Assembly: GCF_964204645.1 (NCBI RefSeq) | Contig: NC_134026.1 | Coordinates: 20,618,150 to 20,682,149 of the forward strand | Length of the DNA stretch: 64,000 bases | Source of the DNA: Tubulanus polymorphus | Taxonomy: Eukaryota > Animalia > Nemertea | Direction: 5' to 3' | Shown: positions 24,296 to 38,595 of the stretch, piece after piece | Position numbering within the stretch: position 1 is the stretch's first letter | Layout of the letters: each line of letters starts with the position of its first letter | Position numbers and translations under genes: made by a program | The notes under the pieces: model-generated | Told to the model about the DNA's origin: nothing | The model's input: the letters and a program-made list of their open reading frames with translations, nothing else | Database searches by the model: none

Positions 24296-24532
24296 GCGCC
24301 GAGGGTGGATCGAAGGAATGTAAGCAGGAGTGCGAGCCCTCCCCCCCCCCCCCCAGAGATTTTACGGTAAAAATAGACACACTGATACCTTTAAAGTTTT
24401 AATTCATAGGCTTCTCTGTACTCTGTATTTTAGAAAAATGGGTTTATTTTTCCGATTTACTTTCTTTGGGGGTGCCATTTGGGGGTGCATCATAAATGAT
24501 ACCCTTCCTGAATCAGACCCTAGATCCGCCCT
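24296..24532. mobile_element. hAT-like MITE, degenerate
   Basis: GAGGGTGGATCGAAGG .. AGACCCTAGATCCGCCCT; the right end is shared with 28019-28197. Confidence 0.55.
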
Positions 24533-25306
24533 AAGCACTCCTTTTCATGGATCCTAATTCGTTATGCTACCTGGACCGGGGACCGAAGTTAACCGCCAGA
24601 CGCTTTCTTTCGTCTCAGGAACCGGTTTCAAGAAGCTTCGTTATACGCGTCTATATATAATGATAGTTACGGTTTATGCATGAGGGCTTTCATACGTGAT
24701 GCAGCATGGATATCACATTCTTTAAATCATCATTTTCTGTGTGACACATGCTGAATTCTAGATGGATTCAATCAATGAAGCCATAAACGTCCCTGGCGCA
24801 ATACGAAAACAGGACAAATACATTTGGTACGTATCTCGGTGATCAAGCACGTTTCAAATTCTATAGCGTGAAAAGAGCTTCATTTGTTTTGGTGAATTCT
24901 GACTTAGTTTTGGCAAAGACCATGGGTTGCGATAAAACATTATAACAAGTGGTTTCTTGTGTTCGCTGCAATCTTGTTCTTTTTACAACCGAATTCCCTG
25001 GTTTTCTTATCGCTGAATTTATCCCCACTTAGACACTAACACACCATCTAAGATTCTTTTGTAAGATAATAGACGCATCGAAACTCTCCTGAACGGTTAT
25101 TTCATGCTTTCTATATCGCCTCTCTTATCCATCCTAAATACGTGATAGCACCGAAATGTTAAGTAGTTTTGGTGTGTTTCGTGTACATAAAATTTATTAT
25201 CCACAAACCGGGTGGAGCCCTTAGGAAAGCTTATGAACACTTACACGACCCCGTAACACGGAAATCACGAATATCTCGGGTTACTGTCCGCACACCTGCC
25301 AAGGAG

Positions 25307-25637
25307 CATCCTCCCGGCAGGGATTCGAACCCGAGATGTCCACGGTACGAAACCCTGCCACACTAGACCGAGTGCGCAGCTACATGCGCAGCTTAGATGA
25401 TGTCATTATCAGCCAATCCGATATACCTTTTCATTTAAAAGCCCGGGTTTTTCCATTTATAGTTCTTCCGTGAAATTGACCTCAGCAATTATACAACGAG
25501 CAATCTGATTGCTGCCGCAAGTTTTCGCGCGGCAAAGCTGCGCATGTACCTGCGCACCCGGTTTAGTGTGGCAGGGGTTCGTGCCGTGGCTGAGAGTAGC
25601 GATGCCATCGGATTCGAATCCCCGCCGATGGAGGATG
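25307..25637 (-). mobile_element. Mutator-like MITE (family A), opposite orientation
   Basis: Reverse complement of 5960-6288; TSD GCCAAGGAG/GCCGAGGAA. It explains the shared pseudo-peptide RVRRYMRSFAARKLAA in ORFs 5907 and 25489. Confidence 0.85.
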
Positions 25638-28018
25638 GCCGAGGAAACAGTCGAGCCAGGATCAGCAATAAACTGTCTGATTCGTGTGGTTGCCCGGTTA
25701 TTGTAATTCCAGTTCGTCGCTGTGTAATTGGTCGTGTATAGGCAGGCATATCGCAGAAACTGAATACAGCAATATTTTCAAATATACGTTTTACGCGTAT
25801 TCGAGCGATATTTTTCTTTTCTATCGTTATATTTTCAATGGCGCAGACCATCGAGATTAAATATATTCGAACGTCACGTAGCGCCGAGTAGAGCGAGTGC
25901 GCGTATTGAGACTGCAACATCTGGCGTGGAAAAATTGAGGCATTTCGTTCGTTATTCATCGGTGTATATCATAATCTGTACACCGTACCGTTAATGTTTA
26001 TACATATATATGTACGTAATATGTGAAGGTAGATATATGAATTATTAGCCGAAGTAAAACTTCTTCAAAATCCAGACATTAATTTTCACACGAGTCGATC
26101 GAAATATACGTAAACGCTTTCCTCAATCAGCCCGACTGGATATATATACCCCGTGATAGTGATTTCTAGCGCCGTGATAGCGATTGCTTATCGTCTCAGT
26201 CGTCGTCCTTGAAAGTGCTACTGATAGATAGATCATCGGCGCCGTCATCCGATGGCAGACGAGAGCTGTCAAAGATGAATGAATGATAATTAGGAATCGT
26301 AGTAGAAACGGCTGTGTCAAACCGACGGCTAATTCCTCACGGTGAGATAAGCTCGCGTTATAATGCGATCAGTTTATATCGTTGAACATTCAGTTAGAAC
26401 GGTGGATGAGTTTTCTCACTTTCAAATTATCTTTGATTTGATGTATTCTGGAAGGTGATCTAGAAGGCTTTTACAGTTGAGCCATAACAGAAGTGGATTA
26501 AGGATCGGGATTCGTTTAGGGTACGGACAGTCAGAACGACTTGTTTGTTGATCCAAAGTCTTCGGACTAAAGGACATGACAGCAACTGGATGATTGAAGC
26601 AGGAACGGTCTTGTTAAATGTCTGATTAGTTTTGTCCAGAGATGACGATGATATCGATATAGAGCGGCTGCGTTTGCGTAAATCCAGATAGTGAGGAGTA
26701 CGCGAACCTCCGGTGTTATTAATCGTATATATAGATACTGTAACTAGTCGCACTTGAGACTGGTGTGTATCGTGTCACATCGACTAAGCGACGACATTAA
26801 GTCGCTCACAACCGTCATAACGAGAGCCAACTCAACATCAGTGCACGCTGGTTCGCGAGAACAGTCAGCTTCTGAACGTTATAGCGCTACTAAGGACCGC
26901 AGTGAACGGGACAACGAATTCGAGAAACTCGCTTGCACGTTTTATTGTTAGCGATATTATGCCGTAAACGATTATGGATTTATTAGACTTCGGAGGTATG
27001 ATATGCTTAATTACTATTTTTCATTTCCTATATGTACCACGCGTAAAAAGAGAAAGGTGTGCATAAGCAGAGGCGGTAGAAGTTATGATTTCAAACAAAT
27101 CCAGGACCCCGGCTCCAGAGTTCTGCATAAAAACCTTACTCTCGCGGTGACTTATAGAGAATTCACTCGTTACAGCTGCTTAGTTAAATCTAATTTGGTC
27201 GGTTGAAATAGGCCTAGGGCTCACTATAAAGAAATCGAGATGTTTCGCATAATACTCGTATCAATCAGTTGTGATTTTTTTTTCATAAAAGATCTTTACA
27301 GAATCAACGAATACACAATATACATTAAAATGTTATAGTATCAGATGAAGGACTGCTTTGAAGCGACAGTTAGCTTGTAGGCCTACAAGAAAGACATCAG
27401 TCGAATTATATACTTGAATTATGATGAGACTTGATCATCAGTTAATAGTTAATTGCTTATAATTAACAATAGAGTCGAGCTCGATAGTTAAGATGCTTGA
27501 AGCTTGTATTTACAAAGTATTGATATTGATACGTAGCTGACTAGTTGTTGCGTGTATATCGCTTTGAGTGTGATTCAATATCGGTCGTGCACCGGTATAT
27601 AAATCAAAGCGCAACACTCGGTTTCAAAATGTTTACCGTCGCCGTTATATGTCATCATGGGCTGTAAACCACGAGCATGCGCACAGTCGCTCATTTTGCA
27701 TCGTTTTGGTCGTTGTGCGAGCAACAGGTATATACAACCGGAAGTCCATACCGAGTGATATCGTCCGCGATATACGGTAGCCCGATCGTGGATTGAATTT
27801 GACCGCGCATTGGACGGAATGAATCCAATTCATTTTCTATCGCATCGCTAAATTCGATTTGATATCAATTCATATTCACGACTCCCGGGACCCGAGCTCT
27901 AATCGCTCATTATCCTAGCATATGAAATGACATCGACTGATAAATGAGATCGGTGCCTATATAAGTATTACTGTATGTTCCGAGGTACATTTCAATTTAA
28001 TTTCATTAGTAAGACGTC

Positions 28019-28197
28019 CAGGGGCGGATCCAAAGGGAGGGTGCAGGAGGTTGAATCTCACCAGAAAATGAAAAATCCCTGTATATCGAAAAATGAGTTA
28101 ATGTTCTGCGGTGAGCTTTCTTTCTGGATGCCCTTATAATCATATGACAGCGCTACTTTAGGGGCGCAACGTAAATGAGACCCTAGATCCGCCCCTC
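28019..28197. mobile_element. hAT-like MITE
   Basis: TIR CAGGGGCGGATC / GATCCGCCCCT. Confidence 0.65.
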
Positions 28198-30720
28198 AAA
28201 ACCCCATACAAAGAACGAAAAGAATAATTTTGAAAAGAAAAGATTTTTTCCTTATCCCTGTCGTCATGTTAATATGAATATTAACTTCCAATCTTGACAC
28301 ATTTCATCCATTGACAGATGTCGTGTAATCGACGGACGATCATGAATATTCGGTATGTGTTGTTGTGTTGTTCTTGGATGATGTATAGATTTTCACTGGA
28401 GGCGAGCTCGTTTCGGCAACATACGCAGTTGTTCGTCTGAATAGTGAGGCAAAATTGATTTTGTAAATTCATAACAAACATTTTACATCTATTCTCGATG
28501 TAGAACGCAAACTCGTCGTGTTCCGATGAGCTCTAGGCGATATATACATTAAACACTGTCTGGAAAAAAGTGTTCAGTCTTAAGCCATTGATTGCAGATA
28601 TTCAGTTTTCCACCGTAACATGATAAGTTTATATTCATATTTGTCTACTTGCAAAGAAAATTTTGTTGCGAAAATAGCGATATATAATTATTGTTTCATA
28701 TATAGATTAAGATATGTATGGCGTGGTAAAAACTAAAGCATTATATACCTTACGAAAAGCATCGACCAGCGGAAATGACAGCTCATCCGTTTTCGAATTA
28801 CGATCGATGACACCAATTAGTGCCTGTCAATCTGGGGATTTAAGTGTCGTTTAGAGGTCGGTTGAAACATTTCAAAGGTGGACGTTCTTCGACCGCTTGC
28901 GATCGGTTGCGTTTGTATTATTTGCTTCTGTAGCAACTGGTGGTCGCATCAAAAGCGGATCCAGGATCAACTGTAGAGGATAGCAACGCTTTAATCTAAG
29001 AGCATAATCTACGATAAGCCCCACAAAACTTTGGAATTGTACTGCTTTTTGTGAATTTTCCAAGCAAGGCCAAGGGCACGAAACTTTCACGACCGCAGCA
29101 CGTGAGGCTTCCGTCTGAATCCGGGTGCATGGGCGCGATTGCAATAGGACCGTTAGCGACCACAAGAGCAGCGTGTATGTCGGTTGCAACTAGGAGATCG
29201 CGCTGTAGAAGACCTATTGCGACTGGCGCCGGCTGGCAGTCGTAAGGGTGTGTAGGTCGACGGGTCTTTGCGACGCTGGCGGTTGCACATATAGTTACGT
29301 CGCAACGCGTGGCTTCCAATCTTTGGTCCTGTTTTGTAATTGAAAAACCAATTGATCATTATTCGCCACTACCTCTATCTAGGTGTGTCAGTTCAACATG
29401 ATGCGAAGTAGTTTGTCAGAGACGCTTGATGATGCATGAGCGCTAATTGAGAGATACGTAATTATATGTCAACTATCTAGCTAACTGCTAACAATAAACT
29501 ATATGCGAATAATGGAGAACGATTTCAGTGAGATAAATATTTCATCGGTTTGTAAATCGAAACGAACACGAGTTGGGGATCAATTTCATCGCTATTTGAT
29601 CGATCACTACATCCCTCCTGCTAACAATCGTAACGTATTTTCCCTGTACAAAAAAAACTCTATCTAGTTGTAAGTTATACATACTAGAGTTATAAACTAG
29701 TTTTCAGTGCGCTTGTCGTAATACACTGTAACAAAAGGTCTGAGCTTCATAATGACCATGACGGAGTTATATCTCCGTGAGTATTCTTCCGTTGCATAGA
29801 TCTCTTTTTTTCTAAAGGTCATCGATTATTGTGTCACTAGCTTCAATATGTTAGATTGCAGTCTGTAGCCAGAAGTCTGTTTAAAGGGTTTCAATAATTT
29901 AATCGAATGAGACATGGGGCATCATCATTGGATGTGTATGATTATTTTTCTTCGAACTGCGGAAGCGATGTAGTTGTATCGGATTTGCATAGCCTGTCCA
30001 GGTGTTCACGAAAAGCCAGCGTCTGTGCGGGGCAACGTGTCTGCGTAGCGTGTGATCGGTAAAATTATGGAAAATACGTATGCAATTTATCGTTCTAATC
30101 ACGTGAAAACCTCAGGCGGTGAGGACTCAACAACAAACGGAATCCTTTATGAAATTACACAATTTAATTGCCAGACAGACAAGACACTAGTATATATACT
30201 ATATGCTAGAACTATATGCTAATACTCTATTGTTGAAATCGTGGAAATTATACGTTATTGTCAGTCGATGAATTCTCTAATGTAATTCTACACAACGCTG
30301 TTGAACCGGCGTTTGTTCCAGGCAAGTGGCTATAGATCTGAGTTCGTCGCGATTGATTTTTAGGCACTTCAAATGTGAGCGCCGATGTGGTTAATCCTAT
30401 CATACTGCTTTTCGTGTCTCGAATCGTCAGTTTAAACACGGGATTATTGAAAATCCCGAAGATCGTGCGCACAGAATTTCTCACGGTTCAATTCGTAGTT
30501 TCGGTAAAAAAATTCGAAACGAGTCGTTATTACTGGCGATCTGAAAACATGAAAACACGGCATGGGAATAACTCGTCAAATGAGATGGAAGGTTCATCGA
30601 CTCCGCATTTCACGTTGTCGCTCTTAATAGCACATTTTATCGTGAAATCTAATACGTTGATCTCAGTATAAATTAAACTCAATGGAAATCAACACAGAAT
30701 GATCAACAGATTATAAGCTA

Positions 30721-30916
30721 GGAATAGAATCTTCACGTTGGTCCTAGATGAGATGACTCTCAGATTATAGTCGTATCAATAGATTATTAGCTTAAAGGAA
30801 ACTTTTCGGACTTTTCGCATCTTTCTCGTTATCAGTGGGGTATTCCTATATATGCGAAAAGTCCGAAAAGTTTCCTTAAAGCTGATCATCTAGGACCAAC
30901 CTGAAGATTCTATTCC
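30721..30916. repeat. Long inverted repeat (foldback/MITE) with partial extra copies at about 30943-31000 and about 32197-32250
   Basis: GGAATAGAATCTTCA(C/G)GTTGGTCCTAGATGA..AGCTT(A/T)AAGGAAACTTTTCGGACTTTTCGCAT and its reverse complement. Confidence 0.8.
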
Positions 30917-31519
30917 CGCCGATGACGTTATATTTATCATTACTTAAAGGTAACTTTTCGGACTTCATCTTTCTCGTTATGTCAACGCGGGATTCTCTGT
31001 ATATCGTCACAACACGGAAATAGTGTTTCATCAATAGTTATTTTAAAATTCAGCGGTTGATGTTCAATACGAATCTAAACATCTTTTCGAGATAAGGCGT
31101 ATTTTGCTGTTTTGATTTTGATTTCTAAAAATCTCTCGCTCGTGGCTGAACTTTTCCCTTTTCCTAGGTCATAATAGGAAATTCCCTTGTGGCCGTTTTG
31201 GAGTTACTGCTCAATTGAAATTGACAATTTCATGACTGTCATTGGCAACAGCTTTATTGGCTCTAATTGGATCTCCCGTCGATTTGAAATCCCTGGAGAA
31301 AATTCCTTGATTATTTGTTTTAATTAATTATGAAATAGTCTGATACGTGCAACGAATAATCATCGGCCCACACAGTTCCGCGTATGTCGGTTGGAATTTC
31401 AGTTTTGGGTGAAAAAATTGATTTGAAGTTAGAAATAATCAAAATCTAACAACCTGGGACCGGTTTTATGGACAGATATTACCTTTAACCCTGGGCTAAC
31501 TCAATTGATAATGAATTGG

Positions 31520-31600
31520 GTGAAAATGGCTCGTAGAATTATTGAGTCGAAACGTCAGATTCTCTTCTAGTTTTTCATTAATTTTATTGTGGGTTTTTAC
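31520..31600 (+). mobile_element. Solo hammerhead-like motif with the same 3' tail as 7673-7740
   Basis: GTGAAAA-T-GGCTCG/TGAGTC-GAAACGTC-AGA, then TG(T/C)GGGTTTTTACT; core degenerate. Confidence 0.55.
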
Positions 31601-32530
31601 TTTAAACAACAATCTGTGTTGAGCTACAAGATCTTTTATCTTTACGTAGAGACTTCGGAAGATTTTTTTGGCTGGTTTTCCATTATTTCAGATCGTTTCA
31701 ATCGCAGCGGTATCTTCCTTTGAAAGTTCGTGTTCCGTTTATAGCTAATATAGTTAAGTATTTGCATCTCACGAAGCTCAATATTTAATTCTTTAAATAT
31801 TTAATCCGCTGGTCGAATTTGAAAACAAACATCCGAATACTTTTAGTTCTGTCAAATAGTTACGTTTTCATTGTTGTTCGGCGGTGATATATTAGAATGT
31901 CATGTTGAAAAAATATTTCACTTCGATTAGTCACAGAAATTCATCATCGGCTTGTCAACGCTATTCCAATAACGACTAGTCCTCACTATTCGTCGAATAG
32001 ATTGCGAAATATTTAATGCAAAAACGATTGCATTAAACGTCAATATCAATTGTTGATAAGCTGCATGTATTCGGCGACAATCTTTCAACGTGCCCGGAAC
32101 CCGTTTTATAATGAACCCTTAGGGGTGTATCGAGGTTTATTCCCAACTCAAAACGGCTGCAATCTTTCCATGCACGAACCAACCCGTATAACAACAAAAA
32201 GGGAACTTTTCGGACTTCAACTTTCGTTATATTAGTGTTGGATATTAGCACAGTTTTTCCTGTTTCATGTCACTATTCAAAACATTGTTTTGTTACCTTG
32301 ATTGGTGGTGGTGGATTTTGTTTGTTCGTTGCTTTTTGATTTTCTCATTTCTAGGGCATTGTCCCTCTTTGGTACAGCCTTCAGGCTTGGGGAAATCCTT
32401 TCAATTATGTAGGACAAATGTACGTTACAGCATTATAAAAGATCTTATATTTAATAAATTGATAAAATGAATATGTTATTATTATTATTATTTCTTTGAC
32501 TTCATAAGGTTAACTTAAGCTCATTTAGCC

Positions 32531-32643
32531 GGGGAGCGGGTTTTATAGGCCAGTTTGAAATTAAACTCGAACTTAACTGACTAAAAGTTGAATTCGAAAC
32601 TAAAACAAGGTTGCAGCGAACTCCGGTCTACAAAACCGGCCTC
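32531..32643. mobile_element. Short MITE (related half element at about 31455-31520)
   Basis: GGGGAGCGGGTTTTATAGGCC / GGTCTACAAAACCGGCCTC. Confidence 0.55.
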
Positions 32644-33579
32644 GTACCCATTCACCAACCCATGGCAAACCGACGGAAATCACACCAACTAACTTACTGC
32701 GAGTGATGGTTTTTGTACGCTTATACTTGAACTCGCTTTCTGCATAATATCTAAAGCTCTTTAAATAGCCTTATTCGGGCACAATCTTCCAACTATTAAT
32801 TCATCTAAGTGGGTTTATCGTGTCTGGATATTACTATGATGACTATGGGTGTGGTTCGGTTATCTAATATATACATACAACGTGATGGAAGTATAATTTG
32901 TGCGCCAGGCGGTGAATACTTTGTCTCTCAATAGTTTTGCTGATTTTCAGTAGCTAGGTTTTCCCAGGGTTGTTCTATTGTTGTAGATAAACGCTTACCA
33001 TCATCGTCATATTGATATCATACTGTATGGGTTATCGAACATGCAGCAGTTCGGATACGGAGGCCGGATAATTTAACCCCGCAACTCGACTAGGATACGA
33101 ATCTCGACTACAAGGGTTCAATTACTTTGTATGAGAGCACGCTGGAGCCTGAGAACGATTTCCAAGAGAGAGTCACCAGATGTTTGAGCCTCCGTATCGA
33201 GTCAAAGCCCTGCTAGCTAGCATAGCTACTTTATGGTTATCGTAACAAGACAAGATTATGCAAGCCTCATAATCTAAAATATTGAGCTTCCCTGAAGCCA
33301 ATATCATTTTATCCTATTGGCAATCTTTCTTTAAAAGACAGTTGAATCCACTTTGATTTACTCTCACCCCACTCGCTGTCAACCTCAACAACAAAAGTCA
33401 GCCCTCATCATAAACTCCTTTTAAAATATCTCAGTACTTTGGTCTTCATAACCTAATGCGCAGTGATTCGTATCTCATTTTATATTTATATACTGTGCAT
33501 TTTTTTGTCATAACTAGATAAATCCCACGATAGATTCAGACAAAAAAGAAATGTTCAATAGCATAATGGTATATATTTT

Positions 33580-33623
33580 GAACAACGTTTCGGCTAAATA
33601 CAATTAACCATCATCAGGCGTTC
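33580..33623 (-). ncRNA. Minimal type-I hammerhead-ribozyme-like motif with intact core
   Basis: Minus strand GAACGC-CTGATGA-T-GGTTAA-TTGTAT-TTAGCC-GAAA-CG-TT-GTTC; 6-bp helix II (one G.U), palindromic ACGT helix III, weak helix I. Confidence 0.6.
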
Positions 33624-34310
33624 TTATTTGACAAATCATTTTAGACTTAAGAATGATAGTAGCAACCACCCGAAATATTCCGATAAAATTTTTAGTCGTT
33701 TTTCAATTAGTGTAGGATTTTGCACTTATTGAGTTTCTCAGTTAAGGAATAGCTTAAGAAATGTCTCGCGCAAACGCTTTCGGATCTTGCCGACATCGTA
33801 ACGATAAGGTCAAAGGGGGAATTCTTATATGTGAGTAGCGTTCGTTGCAAAATCGACCCGAGTAAGAAGGATAATGAGATGAAAGCAATATGATTTTAAT
33901 GAAGCCAAAATATCGAAAGAAGCCGCGCCGTATCTACGCCGAGTGACATTGTTAGTTTATAAAGATACTTGACTTTGATGTTCGCATTTTTCATACGCTT
34001 ATGTGAAACGAGCGAATAAGACGGGGAAAGTTCGTCTGAACATAAGCGAGATTGCTTGCTGCCGACGTGTTTATATGTAATACATATAGCACACCTATCT
34101 CCGACGGCGATGATGAAAAGTTTATTTGTTCGTTTCATCTTCAACTAAAGTTATTATTTTTTACGAGAACATAAGCGGCCGGCAGCGACTATACAGCTCG
34201 GAAGACTACTCGTATCCGATGATGTGCGTTACGTGGAGCCGCGATGTCGTTCGCACTTATGGTACGAAATATATTAATCGTATATCAATCATTAATTTAA
34301 TAATTAATGA

Positions 34311-34558
34311 TTAGGCCATTCCAAAATAATGGTCTGTTTGCCGTAACCCGACCGACCTCAAAGGTTCCGAGTGAAAACTTTTTTTGGGATTCATTGGAAT
34401 AACTTTTATTTTTGATATTGTTTCCATATAAAAAAGGTGATAGATTTGTTTTTTTGTCCTAAAATCTTTCCAAAAAATATTATTACCTAACTAGCGACTC
34501 ATCCCGAAAACTTAAGTCGGTGTTACAGCTAACAGACAATTATTTTTTGATGGCCTAA
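34311..34558. mobile_element. MITE
   Basis: TIR TTAGGCCATTCCAAAATAATGGTCTGTTTGCCGTAAC / GTTACAGCTAACAGACAATTATTTTTTGATGGCCTAA. Confidence 0.75.
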
Positions 34559-35765
34559 AAATACCAAATCATTTATGATTATTTAGTTTTTGAATAAAAA
34601 GTCGGGATGAAATGATGGCCGGTTGAAAAATCATGAAATTCTATAACGGATGAGTTAAAAATTTGAAATCAAATCAAATGGCCGGTTGAAAAATCATATG
34701 ATCGAATAAAGACTTTCAGTTCCGAGTCAAAAAATCAGAATTAACTAATCACCAGTTGAAATATCATAAAATTAGATAGATAATCGAGTTTTATTATGGC
34801 CACAGCGCCACGGCGCTGGAGCCTATCAAAATTTGAAGGCTATTTGGTATTTTCAAGCACGACCTTAATGGGCTCAATTCAAGTTCTACAGACTTTTTAT
34901 TGTTCCTTAGTGTTGTATTTCCGTAATAAAGTAGACAGTGCAAAGAGAATTGAGAAGTCATAGTTCTATAGAAGACAACGTATCTTATTATGTAATTTAT
35001 CAACGTTGAATTTTCAATGAGATTGTTTTTTTTGCGATACCACGGATGCACATTTTAGTTCTCCAAGATGGGAAAAGCTCGACTTCTAACTATAAAAAAA
35101 CCAATCTGAATCGACGTCTAGAGTTCCCGAATGAATGTGCTATTTTATATCCCTCAATTGAAGGACTTCAAAAATATAGGGATCGTACATCATGCACTTA
35201 ACAAATTATTCAACAGCAAAACGACCTGTCGCAGGAAAGGTTTTCTTTCTAGAAATTACCCTTGTATGAAATTTTCAATCAGCAAAAAGTGAAAAAGACA
35301 TTGATAATGTCCTCCTGACACTTGCTGCAGCTCCTTTGTTGAGCTTTTTTTGCGGCGAACTCGATGCTGCTCTAAAAGAATCACGATACCAAAGACCGAC
35401 GAAATCATAGCTACTATTAGAAAGGGCAAGACGTATTAATGCGTCGTGTTTAGGGTCTGTGTAAATAAGTCTGTGTTGATACAGGTTACAGGAAAACCCC
35501 ATCTGAAATAACATCACAATTATATCGGATTATACGCGCTAAGAAAGGTTTCATTGCTTGTTTTATGGACATTTTACGCTGTGATATCTTGTTGACAAAA
35601 TATCATATAATTCCTTGTTTAAACATTCGCCTTACGTCTCTTGCTGAGGCAAGGTTATGTCCTGGCATTGTGTTTTCTGGCACGGTATTTGACTTTGGCA
35701 AACAGCAAAGATCTCCGTCCAATTCCAACGATGGAGTCACCAATGACCGATCAAAAATGTTTTGA

Positions 35766-36066
35766 TGCCGTAAAAGCCGTTACAGTAACGTTTCTATACA
35801 TTGATACCTAGTATGCGTTATCTAAGGGGTTCTGTGCGATTCGATGTTATACGTCATCAATACTGGCGTTTCAAAATAACAATTGCAATTGTGAATCTTG
35901 GCGTTCATTTTGTAATTAGATATATTTTCATAAATCGTATTTTATATTTGATGAATTTGAATAATCATTTTTGAGAGGATGTGCACTACGTCATCAATAC
36001 ATCGTTGCTAGACTGGTTACCGGTCAGTTCAATTCAATTATCGATATATAAATTTTAAAAAAACTT
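35766..36066 (+). repeat. About 300-bp interspersed repeat (family B)
   Basis: AGGGGTTC..TACGTCATCAAT..TGGCGTTTCAAAATAACAATT..TTTTTGAGAGGATGTGCA..TACGTCATCA..GACTGGTT(A/G)CCGGTCA; copies at 45770-45990 (-) and 55425-55710 (+). Confidence 0.85.
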
Positions 36067-38595
36067 TATTGAATATCCTTGATATCATATGATTTATATT
36101 GTATCATTTTGTTTTCGAAAATATTAAGCAATACACGCATTATTTTCCAAAGTTAGTTTTTTCTTGTTATGTTGATTTTGTACTGAGTGACTCTCAGCCA
36201 GCTCGAGCTTAAACAACCTTTATGCGCTTATCAAAAGTGCGGTCGTTCGGATGAATCCATTTGTTGTAAGCTGGTAATTCCATTTATTAACATCAAGAAC
36301 ATGAATGGCTCTTCGTCGTTTACTAGCGGCATAATGTCAGCTCCTAACATCGATCAAACATTTTACGTGCCTGTTTTGCCACAAATTGAATTTCACAGTG
36401 AACAGCATCCGAAGGTACAGCTCAGTTTCTTTCTATAATTTTTCTTAAAGCCAGATCATAGATTTAGAATCTCAGTCACGACCGACCTGGGCTTTTATGT
36501 ATTTAATAATAATAATCTTCATTTACATTGAAATTATAACGTAAACACTCAGTTTTATAGATACATGATTAAATAGATTATAAATATGTTACAGAAGTTA
36601 TAATATCAAAGAAGCAAAATGCTTGTAAAACATACTGCTATAATCACATACACACTCACATTCATCCAGAAGAGAAATCAGTTATGTAATAAATGGCGAA
36701 TCTTTACACTAAATCGTATAGCTAGAGATTGTTTTATTTTTCAATTCATATTTAAGTTCACTCAGGGATTTAGAAGTTTGTATTTATGTTTGGCGGTTTT
36801 TTATTCTCCCGCGTAGACACATCGATATCTTGAGTCGTCTGTCTCCTTAGCAGTGGCAGTAATAGCGACTTCATTAATTATTTGCCGTGTTAAAGAAACA
36901 ATTCGATTGAGGACACTTGAGGAAACCAATGGCAAACTGGTGTTATATAGTCACTATACAAGTACCCACTAAAGCACACCAACCATGTGGTTAAAATTCC
37001 ATAGACCCCTTAGACATATATTACATGCGAAATGTCATTTACCATCGTTTCAAAAAAGATACCTTACGAATCAAAACCACCGACAAGATATAAGGCCAAT
37101 AAACCAAAGAATTGTCACGTAATCCTGCATTTCCTTTGGTGATTACTTAAAAATCGGATGGAATGGCGCCAGCCATAACAGAAATCGGCTTAATAGGCTT
37201 ATTATCTACAGCAGACGTGATACACGTCAGGAAGACTTAGGTCCAACTAATAATCAAACTGATATGGAAAAATGCCTGTAGCCGATGACTTCAAGATATC
37301 TGCGTTTTGTTTTTTTTTAGACTCGATCATCCGTGTTTTAACGTACACTGGCATGTGTTTAATCAAAAATAGAAACCATCAACAGCCCGGCAACCATGAG
37401 ATTAAGAAATCCGTTTATTGGAAAATATTTGGCTCGTATACGGAGTTAGGGTAGCTTTGTGGATTTAGGCTTTCAGGATTTAGGCTTTAAGCCGTGCGCA
37501 CGCAGCAAGTCGACATACACGTTTCTAACAAAAAGTAGACTTGTTTTTGTGTGCTCCGCTGTGTGTGAGACTAGAAAACAAAATAAAAGATGTTTCCTAT
37601 TCCTGTCACTTTTGGAAAGAGCAAGTGAAAACCAAGTTTTCGTACGTCGGTATTCGTCCGGCCTTGTAAGACACGTAGTCTTCTAATTTTTGCTTCTCGG
37701 GGGATTATTGCAAAGGGAATTTTTATCGCTAACCTTTTTTGTTAGTAGAATGCAAAACGTTATACACATTCGTAATATTTGTCCTTGTCGATTTCGATGC
37801 GTTCGTTTGTAAGTTCGACAAATAACTCAAATAAACGAAGTATTGTAAAATTATGAGTTATGAAAATGAAAGTTGGTGATAGACATGTATATTGGAGGGA
37901 CAGGGAGATGCGGCTTGATCTAATAATGAAACGAGTCTTTTTATGTTTACCGAGCGTAAAGTTTAAGTGCCCCTCGACTGACACTAATTAACTAACGAAG
38001 CAGAAAACTATTAACGCCGAAACGAAACGAGTTCGTTGGCAATGTTTATTCCTTATTCGTGTTGCGTAAATTGTATCAGGGGTACACCGAACAGACCTGA
38101 CTAACCTTTTTCAACGGCGGCGAAATTCGATTTATTTTCAGACCCAAGGGAGAGTGTAGAGCGCGGTATGTCACTTGTGATGAGTGTCACCGTGTTTACA
38201 TTTCTCTTCGGCGCCGAGGAAGAAAAATAGCGGCGCACTATCTTGTCATCTCTTCGCAACACAGCAACGTAAATAAAGACGGAGAGATGATTTCCTTTCC
38301 GAGTAAAGTTTGCATAGCCTAGATGTCATTTTTCTGTTGTCATTGCGGCCTCTGCGGCCGTTTTTGAACGCTTGATAAATTTACGCATGCGTTATTATTT
38401 CGCTAGAATGCCTCCTGGCCGGTTAGGTCTTTGCCGACGCGCCCCAGCGTGTAATTCTCGTAAGGCAATATTGGTCGCCAAAATAATAACTTTTTCTTCG
38501 GTCAGTCGCTTGCGTTCGGCTGCTTACATGACGCCTCGTGTGACGTAACGTGGGAAAACCTCTAAACGTAGTGAGCATCCTACAATGATAACGAA

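Noticed and set aside
25489-25959. 156-aa ORF, and ORFs 5907, 6123, 14947, 63750, sharing peptide motifs
   Set aside because: The similarity comes from family A MITE DNA; frames are not conserved between copies and no domain is recognisable.
28870-29360. Cluster of overlapping ORFs in a GC-richer patch
   Set aside because: Rich in GGTCGC/GGTTGC/GCGAC micro-repeats typical of a decayed non-autonomous transposon interior; no coherent protein.
30796-30840. Hammerhead reading of CTGATAA..GTCCGAAAAGTT (also weak hits at about 458, 9236, 13494, 41136)
   Set aside because: Helix II does not pair or the core is missing; related copies do not restore CTGANGA.
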